A stretch of DNA of 64,000 nt. Source: Candidatus Hydrogenedentota bacterium (GTDB lineage: Bacteria; Hydrogenedentota; Hydrogenedentia; Hydrogenedentales; SLHB01). The translations under genes and the position numbers were made by a program. Below the pieces are notes generated by a model. The model had not been told where the DNA came from, did no database searches, and saw only the letters and a program-made list of their open reading frames with translations. This document shows positions 49,958-60,237 of the stretch, one piece after another. Numbering within the stretch: the first letter of the stretch is position 1; every line of letters begins with the position of its first letter. The stretch lies in NCBI GenBank assembly GCA_963668025.2, contig CAXXTH010000009.1:96001-160000 (forward strand), written 5' to 3'.

Positions 49958-51016
49958 CTAGCGCTTCGAACGGGCGGTAGCGGGATTTGAGGAACGGCGA
50001 ATGATCAATTCCTCTCCAGCTACGATGTGCTGGATGGGCGCCTGTTCCGGATCCTCAATCAATCGAATCACCGTTTCCGCTGCCAGCTTTCCAAGTTCCT
50101 CAATGGGTTCATGAACGGTCGATAAGCTGATTCCAGCGTGGTCTGTCATAAACAAATCCCCGAGGCCAACCATCGCAACATCCTCCGGCACGCGAATCCC
50201 CATGCGCGCGAAGATATCTAGAATAGAAATCGCCAATGCATCCGACGAAACGAACAAGGCATCGGGATGCTTGCCCGGGCCGGAGAATATTCTATCCACC
50301 ATGGATTCAATTCGGGCTTCCACATAATAGGAGAAGTCGAAAAACTCCCAGGCAATCCATTTATCGACAACAGGAATGTCTGCTTGCTTCATGCAATCCA
50401 GAAAGACTTCAAACCGTTTTTTCGTCCACACGGTTTGGTGATCAGCGCCAATGAAACCTATACGCCGCCGTCCCGTTTGAATGAGGTGCTCCATGGCCAC
50501 TTGCGTGGCCCGGCCCGCATCCCACAAGACATAATTGACATCTTGCATATCAGGCAGCACATCACTCAGGAATACCAAAGGAACGCCTCGTTTGATAATC
50601 TGCTGGTAAAGGGCTTTATTAAAAGGCATGGGCATGCAAATGATGGCGTCCACCCGGCGCTGGAGCATCGAGTTTATTTCCCGTTCCTCCCGCTTGGCGT
50701 CCCAATAACTCATCGATAGAAAGGGCGTATAACCCACGCTATCAAAAGCTGGCAGCATCCCCACCAGAATACGTTCGATCCAGTTGTAGCCTAAGCCGCG
50801 CGACACAAGCCCGATGACTCCTGACTGGCGCATGCGCAAACTTCGAGCCAGCTCATTCGGAACATACCCAAGCTTTTGGGCCATTTCCATAACGTTTTCA
50901 GCCGTAGCCGCCGAAATATTCCGCTGTTCCGCTTGGCCGTTTAACACATAAGAAACCGTAGCGCGGGAAATCCCCAGCTTGCGCGCGATGGTGGTTGATG
51001 TAACGTTCTTAGGCAT
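49958..51016 (-). CDS. LacI-family transcriptional regulator
   Basis: IARKLGISRATVSYVLN, GYVPNELARSL, RVPEDVAMVG, LIIRRSS. Confidence 0.95.
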   Translation of the reverse strand: MPKNVTSTTIARKLGISRATVSYVLNGQAEQRNISAATAENVMEMAQKLGYVPNELARSLRMRQSGVIGLVSRGLGYNWIERILVGMLPAFDSVGYTPFLSMSYWDAKREEREINSMLQRRVDAIICMPMPFNKALYQQIIKRGVPLVFLSDVLPDMQDVNYVLWDAGRATQVAMEHLIQTGRRRIGFIGADHQTVWTKKRFEVFLDCMKQADIPVVDKWIAWEFFDFSYYVEARIESMVDRIFSGPGKHPDALFVSSDALAISILDIFARMGIRVPEDVAMVGLGDLFMTDHAGISLSTVHEPIEELGKLAAETVIRLIEDPEQAPIQHIVAGEELIIRRSSNPATARSKR

Positions 51017-51138
51017 CTAGACTCCATTCTGGCCACGAATTGGCTTGGACTGGAAAACACAAATCGGTATTGATATAGGTTATCAAACTAAACTAGCGCA
51101 TATTTTCACGATTGTTCTTTTGATTCATTAAACTGAGA

Positions 51139-51189
51139 TTACACGTGTAAGTAGCGTCTAAATGTACATCATCCCCAGCAGTATGTCAA
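51139..51189 (-). promoter_or_regulatory. sigma70 promoter with downstream LacI-type operator
   Basis: TTGACA-17-TACATT (51189-51161, minus strand); perfect palindrome TTACACGTGTAA at 51139-51150. Confidence 0.7.
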
Positions 51190-51622
51190 GCGGAATCTTC
51201 ATCTCCGCGCCGAAATAATCCCATGCGCTCAAACCCCGATGAAGTTGACAACAAATCAATGTATTCCTACAGCCGTCTGTATGCTCGAAAGCCCTGTGAG
51301 GCGGATGCATGTACGGCAGTAGCCGGCGCATCTGCGGCCATGCGAAGGGCTTCTTTGGAAGTGTTTTTACCTGGTAGCCACGAAAAGTAGCCCCAACCGC
51401 CAAAGATGTCATGAAGTATCCAAACATGGTTCGCAATTGAGGTGAAGCGCCGGTGGAAGGCGGCGTTGGTGATCTTTCAGCAGTATAGCCGGATGATCTC
51501 GATTACAGTAGAGCGTAACCCGTGTGACTCAAAAGTCTTCTCGGCACACGCTGTCCTTGACTCATTTCGGAAAACGCGTTACTGTTTCATCCTTCTGTGT
51601 TATTCGGAGGAAAAGGGAACTC

Positions 51623-52525
51623 ATGAGACCTGGAACCGTACTCGATCAAATCGGCAATACGCCTTTAGTCACCCTCGATGGATTGACCGGGGCGCATATT
51701 TATGCCAAAGCGGAATACCTGAATCCCGGGGGGAGCATCAAGGACCGGATTGCCCGGTTCATGCTTGAGGAAGCCGTCCGCCGAGGCGATTTGCGGCCAG
51801 GCATGACCATCATGGAACCGACCTCAGGGAACACGGGCATCGGAATGGCACTTGTTGGGTTGCGCATGGGCTATCAGGTAGTCATCGTCATGCCCGGGAA
51901 TATGAGCGAAGAACGCAAGAAGATTATCGCCGCCCTCGGTGCCGGTTTGATCTTGACACCGTCTGAAGAGAATATTGCAGGGGCGGTCCGCGAGGTGGAG
52001 AGACGCCGGAAGATGGACAAGAATATATATGTGCCACAGCAATTCGAGAATCCGGACAATGCCCGCACCCATTTCCTTACCACGGGGCCGGAATTGTGGA
52101 ACCAGATGGACCGGCACGTCGATGTATTCGTATCGGGCCTGGGTTCGGGCGGCACGCTGCAAGGCATAGGCTCGTTTCTCAAAGAACGCGACCCACATAC
52201 ACATATCGTCGCGGTGGAACCGAAAAACGTTTCGGCCCTCCTTGGCCATGAACCTGGCTTGCACAAGATCCAGGGAATCGGCGACGGCTTTGTACCGGCC
52301 ATCCTCGATCCAACGCTTGTCGACGAGGTCGTCGAGGTGACCGACGAAGATGCCATCATCATGGCGCAGCGCCTGGCCCGGGAAGCAGGTTTGCTCGTCG
52401 GCGTGTCATCAGGCGCGAATGTGTGGGCCGCTGTGAAATGCGCGGAACGCTTCGGCCCGGACAAGGCCATTGGCACCATTCTGCCAGACCGGGCGGAACG
52501 TTATTTCTCGACAAGCCTCATCTGA
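51623..52525 (+). CDS. cysK: Cysteine synthase A
   Basis: IGNTP, NPGGSIKDR, EPTSGNTG, QQFENP, GSGGT, HKIQGIG, ERYFST. Confidence 0.93.
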   Translation: MRPGTVLDQIGNTPLVTLDGLTGAHIYAKAEYLNPGGSIKDRIARFMLEEAVRRGDLRPGMTIMEPTSGNTGIGMALVGLRMGYQVVIVMPGNMSEERKKIIAALGAGLILTPSEENIAGAVREVERRRKMDKNIYVPQQFENPDNARTHFLTTGPELWNQMDRHVDVFVSGLGSGGTLQGIGSFLKERDPHTHIVAVEPKNVSALLGHEPGLHKIQGIGDGFVPAILDPTLVDEVVEVTDEDAIIMAQRLAREAGLLVGVSSGANVWAAVKCAERFGPDKAIGTILPDRAERYFSTSLI

Positions 52526-52624
52526 GTCTGTTTATGTTTAGCCGATCTCATGTCCACGGTTTCGATCTCGATATGTTCCTCTCCAGAAAGGCTGGACTTG
52601 TAACCGAGTAGAGTGAAGAAGTCC

Positions 52625-53387
52625 CTACTCTTTTCTCGACGGTAATGTGAGCCAATGTTGGGCTCCGTGCCCATAGAACTGACATCCGAGGAGCCGTCCG
52701 ACGATGACACTTCTGACGAGAAAGATAATGCCCGTAAAGAATCGTTGCTGTAGAGGACCTGATACAACCACGGCGGCGGATGCCAGTACGCCAAGCCCAC
52801 AGCAATACATAAAAATCCCACCGAGAGCCATCAGAATGTACCAGTGAAAATCATGCCCACCTGCATCTTCGATACGGTCCATAAGTCGTGGACCTAACAG
52901 GTGCACCGAAAAATAAATGAGCCCGTTCGTTCCTCCAATCCAAAAGATCGCTAGAAATGGATGTGGTAGTCCCACGGGAATATTTGGAAGCCAAACGATT
53001 GCGCCCGCGATGATTAAATAGACACTGATACAAATCAGCGTCTGGACTGTGGCGATGCGTACAGCGCAATGCAGGGCCGTTTCGTCCTTTCGTCGAAGGC
53101 CTACACGCTTGAGGAAGGGTAGGAATTCCCCACTCAAGTACCAGTTCATGAGTTCGAAGGAAGAGACGGTAGGCGTCTGCGTAAGTCCGAGACATCGCCT
53201 AGACGCCTGAGGGCCGCCTGCACGGCGGTTTCTTCATCTGTAGCGTGTGGGCGTTCTTCTTCATAGAGTGAAACGAGATGTGCGTCAACTCCTCAAGCAT
53301 TTTGTACTGGGTATCATATATGGCCCGGACCGGGCGGACGATTTGTTCGACTTCCATCCGAAGACGCACATTTGTTTGCTCTTCCAT
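52625..53387 (-). pseudogene. Degraded membrane protein with an N-terminal helical (permease-prefix-like) domain, at least 2 frameshifts
   Basis: VEQIVRPV..EELT / HLVSLYEEE...AALRRLGD / MNWY + TM segments read in three different frames. Confidence 0.6.
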
Positions 53388-53415
53388 AGCTAATCCCTTG
53401 GGAGATCCCCCGGCT

Positions 53416-53889
53416 CCTAAATGTCGTAGAAAGGCGTTGTATAAGCAGTTGAGGCATTATTTGGGAGAAGTATTCCGCAAGTTGGCAATGCAGAAGGAAA
53501 GCCGGATTGAAGAAGGGCATCTGATGGAAGACCACGTGCATATGCTGATCAGCATTCCACCAAAGTACCCGGTGTCGCAGGTGATTGGGTATATCAAGGG
53601 GAAGAGTGCGATCCATTTGGCCCGGGTCTACGGGGAGAACCGGCGCAATTTTGTAGGACAGCATTTCTGGGCGCGAGGCTATTTCGTATCGACGGTAGGT
53701 CGGGATGAGACAGTGATTCGGGAGTATATACAGCGCCAGGAAGTGGAAGACAAACGCCTGGAGCAGCTAAATCTAGGACTTTGACAGGCCACCATTGAGG
53801 TGGCCCAACACCGTCGGGGCTGCGTTAGCGTCCCCACATAGCCGCTTTGAGCGGCTCACATTATAAAGCCCCCGGCTTTGCCGGGGGAT
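53416..53889 (+). mobile_element. tnpA: IS200/IS605 TnpA (Y1 HUH) fragment, 5'-truncated, right-end hairpins intact
   Basis: PKCRRK, DHVH, IKGKS, FWARGYFVSTVG, EYIQRQ; hairpins at 53787-53805, 53840-53856, 53869-53887. Confidence 0.88.
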
Positions 53890-54084
53890 ACTTACTGTAT
53901 GGAGTCTAACGTGAAGGGTTAGCATGATACGGTTATACCGGCCAGAATCACATCAAAGAAAAGTACGACATTTCACAACATTCCCCTCAGTGGCCTGGCG
54001 GCCATACCCCATAAAGCCGGGCCACCCTTCCGTACCTCGACCGCTTTTCACTCTGGTGTCCAGTGTAACGGTAGTATCTGGGCG

Positions 54085-55041
54085 CTATTTCTGTTCTGGC
54101 CCAGCCTCAGCTTTTCGTTCAGCAGTCAGTTCCTCGCTAAAAAGGATCTCCCGAAGAAGGTAAGCAGGAGTAACGGCGGCTATACCATTATTGGCGACAG
54201 ACACGAGGTCTTTTCCAGTCGATGTCTTAAGTGGAACGCCTTCTGCTTGAATAGGCTGGAAGTCGTTCAAGAAACCTTTAACAACACCCGCCAGAAGCAT
54301 ATTTGAATGACCTCCCACAGCGAGAACACCAGGCACATTGTCCGGACTTGGATAGAAAAAGACCGGCCCACCGCTGTTACCACCGTAGGCTAGGATTTCA
54401 ATCAGATAGAGATGCTGAGGCATTCCATCGACAGAGATCTTCTCATCTTCGGCTAGAGCTACCTTTCCAAACCGACAGATCTGGCAGACTCTCTGATTTG
54501 CCGACAAGCCATTGAGTATGCCTAAAAGGAATACGTCTGTACCTTCCTTTATGGTTCCATTCATGAAGACATCCTTTGGGGCAAGAGAGGATTCATCCAG
54601 CCCTATGATGTCAATTCCGTTTACATCACCAGCCATTTTTATGACTGCAAGATCAACACTTGGGTCGCTGTGGAAAAAGACGTTCTTAGATGCATCTTCC
54701 AGAGATACGGCAAATGCTTTATCTTCATATCCGGTGCCCTCCTTGTTGAATCGGACTATTCCTTTTGTAGGCAAGAGGTTAGGCTTCTCGGAGTTAACAA
54801 ACATATGTTTAGCCGTTACAAAATAATTGAAAGACTTCCCTTGGTCTTTTACATTTGGGATTCCTACAATGAAACCGGTGCCGATCCCCGTGGAACCGTC
54901 TCCATACTCTACTGTAATCAGAGTCGCCATTTTCTTGATGTCTTGAGGCACCTGCATAGCGTCGCATTTCGCGTGAGGGACAAGATGTGCCAGCACTAAC
55001 AGCACGATTAATGCACCAAAGCTACAATAATGCTTTGACAT
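54085..55041 (-). CDS. Secreted trypsin-like serine protease (S1)
   Basis: Signal peptide; GTGF, VTAKH, DLAVI, GNSGGPV. Confidence 0.88.
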   Translation of the reverse strand: MSKHYCSFGALIVLLVLAHLVPHAKCDAMQVPQDIKKMATLITVEYGDGSTGIGTGFIVGIPNVKDQGKSFNYFVTAKHMFVNSEKPNLLPTKGIVRFNKEGTGYEDKAFAVSLEDASKNVFFHSDPSVDLAVIKMAGDVNGIDIIGLDESSLAPKDVFMNGTIKEGTDVFLLGILNGLSANQRVCQICRFGKVALAEDEKISVDGMPQHLYLIEILAYGGNSGGPVFFYPSPDNVPGVLAVGGHSNMLLAGVVKGFLNDFQPIQAEGVPLKTSTGKDLVSVANNGIAAVTPAYLLREILFSEELTAERKAEAGPEQK

Positions 55042-55321
55042 TTTCGTTTTCCTCCTTGGGTAGATTTGCCAATACCCATACTACTCTTTTCTTTTCCAAA
55101 TACTGTCACATGTAAGTGTTGAGATTCAAGCGCATAGATATCCGATGTACAGCCCGACTCGAAGAATACCATATCCCCCTAAAAGACCTTGGTTTTTGGG
55201 CTTTTTCAAAAACCGGTCGATGACACCGGTCAATGACACCTTTTGACATGCAATTTGCAGTTTAATGGTGTTGGTTGCCTGTCATTTTCGACATGATTCA
55301 TTCCTGAAGTTTTACACCACT

Positions 55322-55567
55322 ATCTAATCCATTCATTTTGCTATGCTTACGGCGCAAATTGCCCATGAGAATGGTTAGTTTCACACTACTGTTTTTCGAG
55401 TTTTGCGCTGCGTATCCCGTTTGATTAATGGAGTCCATAAAAAGGCGGCGAATTGCCCATGAAGCGCCCATAGTTTGGCGTAGGAATCTAAGTGCTTCAT
55501 ATTGCTATGGTTACATCGAAAATGACCCCTGAAAATGGGTAGTTTGGCGTAGGTATTTTTCGAGTTT
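55322..55567. repeat. Imperfect 82-bp direct repeat pair (period 164) with a partial third copy
   Basis: 55322-55403 vs 55486-55567 align ungapped at 60/82 (hand count); partial copy at 55448-55484. Confidence 0.75.
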
Positions 55568-55694
55568 CCGGGTTGAGGCTTTAGAGGGTTGAGTTATACT
55601 GGGCATATTGGCTGGCATGGCCATAGCGTTGGGGAGTGATCAGGTGGGCAAAAAGGCGATTTCCGGGTAGTGTCCTAATTTGAGCGGGAAGGCT

Positions 55695-55901
55695 CTAGGC
55701 CACAAATCCGTGACCACATTTCTTGCACGTCATACTGAACCTCTCCTCTGGTGTTAAGGTAACATCAAAGGCTCCTTCCACTTGATCAATTGCCCGAACA
55801 TTTTTACTCATAAACGTGTAGTCATTGTCGGAATAATGCACAACACCTTCTGCCCCGCATTCCGGGCACTTGATTTTCTGTTCTAAATGTTCCCGCGACA
55901 T
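55695..55901 (-). CDS. Small zinc-ribbon protein
   Basis: CPECG...CKKCG; SD GAAGGAG upstream. Confidence 0.7.
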   Translation of the reverse strand: MSREHLEQKIKCPECGAEGVVHYSDNDYTFMSKNVRAIDQVEGAFDVTLTPEERFSMTCKKCGHGFVA

Positions 55902-56103
55902 TACCTATTCTCCTTCACAATCGCCGCCCGTACAGCGTCCAGAGCCGAATTCAAATGTAGTCCACCCCGGCGCTCGGGCCGGAAGAGGGCCAAAAAGGCG
56001 CGAAATCATGCCACTATGACTTAATATGGACTTACAAGATTCAATGTAATCAAAAAGCTTCAACTATCTGCTTGTGTAAGTCCTTGATGTTAAAGGCTTT
56101 AAA

Positions 56104-56180
56104 TGGCGCGCCTGATGCGATTCGAACGCATGACCTACGGCTTAGAAGGCCGTTGCTCTATCCTGCTGAGCTACAGGCGC
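56104..56180 (-). tRNA. tRNA-Arg (anticodon TCT)
   Basis: GCGCCTGTAGCTCAGCAGGATAGAGCA-ACGGC-CTTCTAA-GCCGT...TTCGAAT...GGCGCGCCA. Confidence 0.96.
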
Positions 56181-56415
56181 TTTTTGGGGGTTGAATTCTC
56201 AGGATTGCTTATCCTTTATATCTTTTAGTATGGCATATTGCTTTTGGAGATCTCCACTTTGGGATTTTTTTGATAATGCAGAATCGGATTTCTTTCCTGG
56301 TCATGAATTGACGGGGATATTCTGCTTCTCTATCATTCATTTTATGTGGTGTGGATGCGCCTTCGGAGGCGGGGTGTTTTTTGGAAGGCGTTTGTTTTTT
56401 CAAGTGGAGCAATGC

Positions 56416-59058
56416 ATGCATATATTCAATAGGAGAAGTCTTTGTTTTGGCATGGTTTTCGCCCTGTTGATGATGGCGGGATGTGCATTATGGTTATATG
56501 CCCATTTTTCTGATCAACATGGTTATGACCTCGCATGGTTTCGGTTCATGTCTGGACGCCTTAGCCGCAGTCTCAGCGGCCAATCCACGAGGTCGTTGGA
56601 CATCCATGTGGCGGTGGATCCCAAAAATGGCCATTTAAGTGCGCAGGTGTCTCTTGTAGTGGAGCTGCGTGTTCCTAATGAATATGAACTCACGTTTTTT
56701 CTTAATCCGGGTTTTGTGGTCTCTTCCGCATCTATCGCGAATGAGCCTGCACACATTAGTCGAAATGGCAGCCAGATCATCCTGCGTACGGCGAAGCCGC
56801 TTCCAAGCGGGCAGGATGTTCCGGTGTTGATAGAGTATAGTGGCGCGGTATGTTCAACAGCGTTGTGCGCTTATATTCCAGCAACAGAACAGATGGTTCT
56901 CCCGCCTTTTTTGTTTTGGTATCCATTTGATTTTAAGAGCTTTTCGTTAATGCAGGCGGCGGTGACGCTCCCTGAGGGCATGGCGGCTGTTGCGCCTCCT
57001 GATGCGCGGAATGTAGCGAACCAGGAGGTATCTCACACCATTTCCTGGCAAATGCCCCGGCCAGTCTATTCCATGGCGCTCGTCGCTGGGTGTTTTGAGC
57101 GTGCGCGCCGTATGTATGGTAATGCAGCATATGATGTGTATTGGCCTTCAAGCCGATCGGCCGATCCAGAAGCGCTTTTTGAAGTGGTTTCGGCGGCACA
57201 TGGGGATTTTGCTGCACGGTATGGGAGCGACGATTTCTCCCATGTGGCTGTCGTGTTGTCGGATGCTTGCAGCATGGCGTGTAATGCCGGTGATTCTACT
57301 ATCTTTTTGCCTTGGGCGGAGTATGAAGGTTTGAGAGAATCTCAAGCGCCTTATGGGCTGTTTATGCGGCTGGCTGGGCTTGCGGCGCGGAATTGGTGGG
57401 GGGGGACGGTGTCTGGGCGCTGGCTGACGGACAAGCCTGAGGCGGGCGCCTGGCTCATAGATTCCATGGCGGAATATAGCGCCAGGGAGGCCTTGATGAG
57501 GCGTTACGGCCGTTCCGCTTATCTGGAGCATATGGCCAGCCGTTGGATGCCCCCATCGATCCCTGCGCCGTTGAATACGGTGCGTCTTTTTGATATTTCG
57601 GAAAAAGAGTGTTCCGATGCGAAGGGCAATGCGGTGCGTGCGTATGGCCCAGCGGTAGCGCAGATGATTGCGTTGCGAGTGGGGCAAGAGGCTTTTGATG
57701 CGGCTTGCCGTAATTTTTTTCGCGTATATCGTTATTCCACGGTATCGTATGCGTCTTTTCGCCAGGAACTTGAGCTGGCTTCCGCAACGGATCTTGGAGA
57801 ATCGTTTCATGCCTGGTTTGATCGTTCAGGTGTTTTCGATTACGCCATCATGAGTTTGCGGAACACTCCCAATGCCGCGGATTCAGGACCGGGCCAGGTT
57901 TCTATTGTCATCAATAATAGGGGTGATTTTCCCCTCATGTCGCCTATACGGATTGCGTTCTGGACGCCTGCGGGCATTGAGTTCCGCACGTGCGAGCCGG
58001 GCGGTGCGGGAGGGGGCTTCGAGTTTACGTTGCCGGCTCCCGCAAGCCGGGCGGTGCTGGATCCGGAATTTGATACAGCCGATATGGCCCGGGCTAATAA
58101 TATATGGCCGCGGCGCTCGTGGCCGATTGGCGTGTCCGCAGCGCCCAATGGTGCGATTGCATGGTGGACGGCCAAGAATTGGAATGCTTCCACCGAGCAG
58201 AATCTTAGTGTGTTATTGCCCGGCGCGGATTCGCTCGTAAAAGCTTCTTTGCCGCAACCGATTGTTAGCGGTCCATTGTGGTCGCCAGACAGCAGCCAGT
58301 TGGCCTGGGTGGATGGAAAACAAGATTCTCGAACTGCATTTTTATATCTATGGGATTCACATGGCCAGCCGAAAACCGAGCGGCATACCGGCATCCAGCA
58401 ACTAGGGGGATGGGAAGGCGGCTTGCTCATTGGCTGGCGCGCGGATCATCCCGAGTGGGCGCTGTATGATGTGAAGGAGGGGGGCCGTATATTCCCTGCG
58501 TGTTTTACACCATCCGCCATTGTTCCACATGCGGGGTCATACGCGCCTGCGTATAGCTCTGAGAGCGGAGGCGTTTTATGCCAGCTTCCCGTTGCATTCG
58601 CGGAGAATGGCCGTGACGCTGGAACGGTGCTCCTGTCTCACATAAAGCCGTATGGGGGACTAGGACGCTCCCAAGCCGATGGCGCTTTGCTGTATTTTGA
58701 GCGGACAGCCGGTGTGATGCGGCTTGCGGCTAATGACGCCAGCCCGTTATGTGTTTGCCCGCTGGAATCGCCAGTTCGCCAGCCTGCATTCAGTCCAGAT
58801 GGAGCCCGGGCGGGCTGGATCAATGCCGCAGGCCGGCTCGTGTTGTTGGAGCTCAACACGAGCCGGCAGCGGATAGTCGAGCTTCCTGGCGAGACGGTAT
58901 CCTGGAGCTGGACGGATAGTGCTTCCGTAGTGGCCCTATCAGCAGAAAAAGCGGCAAGTTTGCCGCTTTTGTGTTATGCCGATTATGTATTGTGGCGCAT
59001 CCCCATGGATACGCTGTCGCCTGAACGCATTCCCGTAGAACCGTCCAGTGCGTCTTAG
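56416..59058 (+). CDS. Membrane-anchored M1 aminopeptidase-like protein (degenerate active site) with C-terminal TolB-like propeller
   Basis: LNPG, WYP, xWWG, AY...ALRVG..AF, LDPEF; WSPDS/FSPDG repeats; HExxH replaced by GLAAR. Confidence 0.75.
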   Translation: MHIFNRRSLCFGMVFALLMMAGCALWLYAHFSDQHGYDLAWFRFMSGRLSRSLSGQSTRSLDIHVAVDPKNGHLSAQVSLVVELRVPNEYELTFFLNPGFVVSSASIANEPAHISRNGSQIILRTAKPLPSGQDVPVLIEYSGAVCSTALCAYIPATEQMVLPPFLFWYPFDFKSFSLMQAAVTLPEGMAAVAPPDARNVANQEVSHTISWQMPRPVYSMALVAGCFERARRMYGNAAYDVYWPSSRSADPEALFEVVSAAHGDFAARYGSDDFSHVAVVLSDACSMACNAGDSTIFLPWAEYEGLRESQAPYGLFMRLAGLAARNWWGGTVSGRWLTDKPEAGAWLIDSMAEYSAREALMRRYGRSAYLEHMASRWMPPSIPAPLNTVRLFDISEKECSDAKGNAVRAYGPAVAQMIALRVGQEAFDAACRNFFRVYRYSTVSYASFRQELELASATDLGESFHAWFDRSGVFDYAIMSLRNTPNAADSGPGQVSIVINNRGDFPLMSPIRIAFWTPAGIEFRTCEPGGAGGGFEFTLPAPASRAVLDPEFDTADMARANNIWPRRSWPIGVSAAPNGAIAWWTAKNWNASTEQNLSVLLPGADSLVKASLPQPIVSGPLWSPDSSQLAWVDGKQDSRTAFLYLWDSHGQPKTERHTGIQQLGGWEGGLLIGWRADHPEWALYDVKEGGRIFPACFTPSAIVPHAGSYAPAYSSESGGVLCQLPVAFAENGRDAGTVLLSHIKPYGGLGRSQADGALLYFERTAGVMRLAANDASPLCVCPLESPVRQPAFSPDGARAGWINAAGRLVLLELNTSRQRIVELPGETVSWSWTDSASVVALSAEKAASLPLLCYADYVLWRIPMDTLSPERIPVEPSSAS

Positions 59059-60176
59059 CGCTTTAGGATGCCTCCACGGCCTTGGCTCAAGTTGATCCCT
59101 TGGAGGTTCATCTTCAACTCTTCCGGATTGTCCGAGGAGAGATAGGCGTCCTCTTCGGTCACCAGGTGGCGCTTGACGAGGCTATGCAAGCTCATGTTGA
59201 AGGTCTGCATGCCATCATGTTCGCCGCCAGCGATGGCGTTCGGGATTTGGCGCATGTTGTTATCGCGGATAAGTTGGGCGATGCCTGGATTGTTGAACAT
59301 CACTTCGATGGCCGGAACACGGCCTCCATCGAGCGAGGGGAGCAAGCGTTGCGCCACGCATGCCCGCAGTTGAAGGGATAGCTGCGAACGCACCTGCTGC
59401 TGCTGGGTCGATGGGAAGAGGTCAAGAATGCGGTCGATGGTCATCATGGCGTTTGTCGTATGCAAGGTGCTGAACACCAAGTGGCCCGTTTCGGACGCAG
59501 CGATGCACGCCTGAAAGGTCTCCGCGTCACGCATTTCGCCGATCAAGATCACATCGGGGTCTTCACGCATCACCGCGCGAAGCGCCACGCCGAAATCCTT
59601 CGTGTCGATGGATACTTCACGCTGGGTGACAATGCTTCGTTTATTCTCATGCAAGTATTCGATGGGATCTTCAAGCGTGACGATATGGCATCGCCGGTTG
59701 CTGTTGATTACATCAATAACCGATGCGATGGAAGTTGATTTGCCGCTGCCGGTCGTACCCGTCACCAGCACCAAGCCACGCGGGGCGCGTGAAATGATCT
59801 CCATGGCGCCAGGCAAGTTGAGTTCTTCAAACGTTGGAATCTTGGATTTAACATAACGCATGACGATGCCGATAGTACCCCGCTGGCGCAGGCAATTGAC
59901 GCGGAAGCGCCCCAGGCCGGGGACGCTGTAGGACATATCCGCGTCTCCCGTTTCAAGGAAATGGGCCTTTCTGGCGGGGACCATGAGTTCGTCGATAAAT
60001 GTCATCATGTCATCATTGGTAAGGTTTTCGGCATCCCGTATGAACCGGACCACCCCGTCGATCCGGACCGCTGGCGGGCTTCCCACGGTGAGATGCACAT
60101 CCGACGCGCCATGCTTGATGGCATACGAGAGCACTTTTTGCAGCTCGATGGCATTGCTTTCTGGAGATTCACTCAT
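59055..60176 (-). CDS. pilT: PilT/PilU-family type IV pilus retraction ATPase
   Basis: GASDVH, TGTTGSGKST, EDPIE, REDPDVILIGEMRD, ETGHLVFSTLHT, GMQTF. Confidence 0.88.
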   Translation of the reverse strand: MSESPESNAIELQKVLSYAIKHGASDVHLTVGSPPAVRIDGVVRFIRDAENLTNDDMMTFIDELMVPARKAHFLETGDADMSYSVPGLGRFRVNCLRQRGTIGIVMRYVKSKIPTFEELNLPGAMEIISRAPRGLVLVTGTTGSGKSTSIASVIDVINSNRRCHIVTLEDPIEYLHENKRSIVTQREVSIDTKDFGVALRAVMREDPDVILIGEMRDAETFQACIAASETGHLVFSTLHTTNAMMTIDRILDLFPSTQQQQVRSQLSLQLRACVAQRLLPSLDGGRVPAIEVMFNNPGIAQLIRDNNMRQIPNAIAGGEHDGMQTFNMSLHSLVKRHLVTEEDAYLSSDNPEELKMNLQGINLSQGRGGILKR

Positions 60177-60237
60177 GAGTTTTGCTCCTTTTCTACTTTC
60201 CGGATAGATCCAAAATGGGCGTCCAAGCCGTAGTGGA

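Noticed and set aside
52407-52417. CATCAGGCGCG in cysK matches the tRNA-Arg 3' end (possible att site)
   Set aside because: Only 11 bp, inverted relative to the tRNA and inside a conserved coding motif; likely chance.
55322-55567. CRISPR array
   Set aside because: Only two or three long degenerate copies, no repeat-spacer periodicity and no cas genes in the window.
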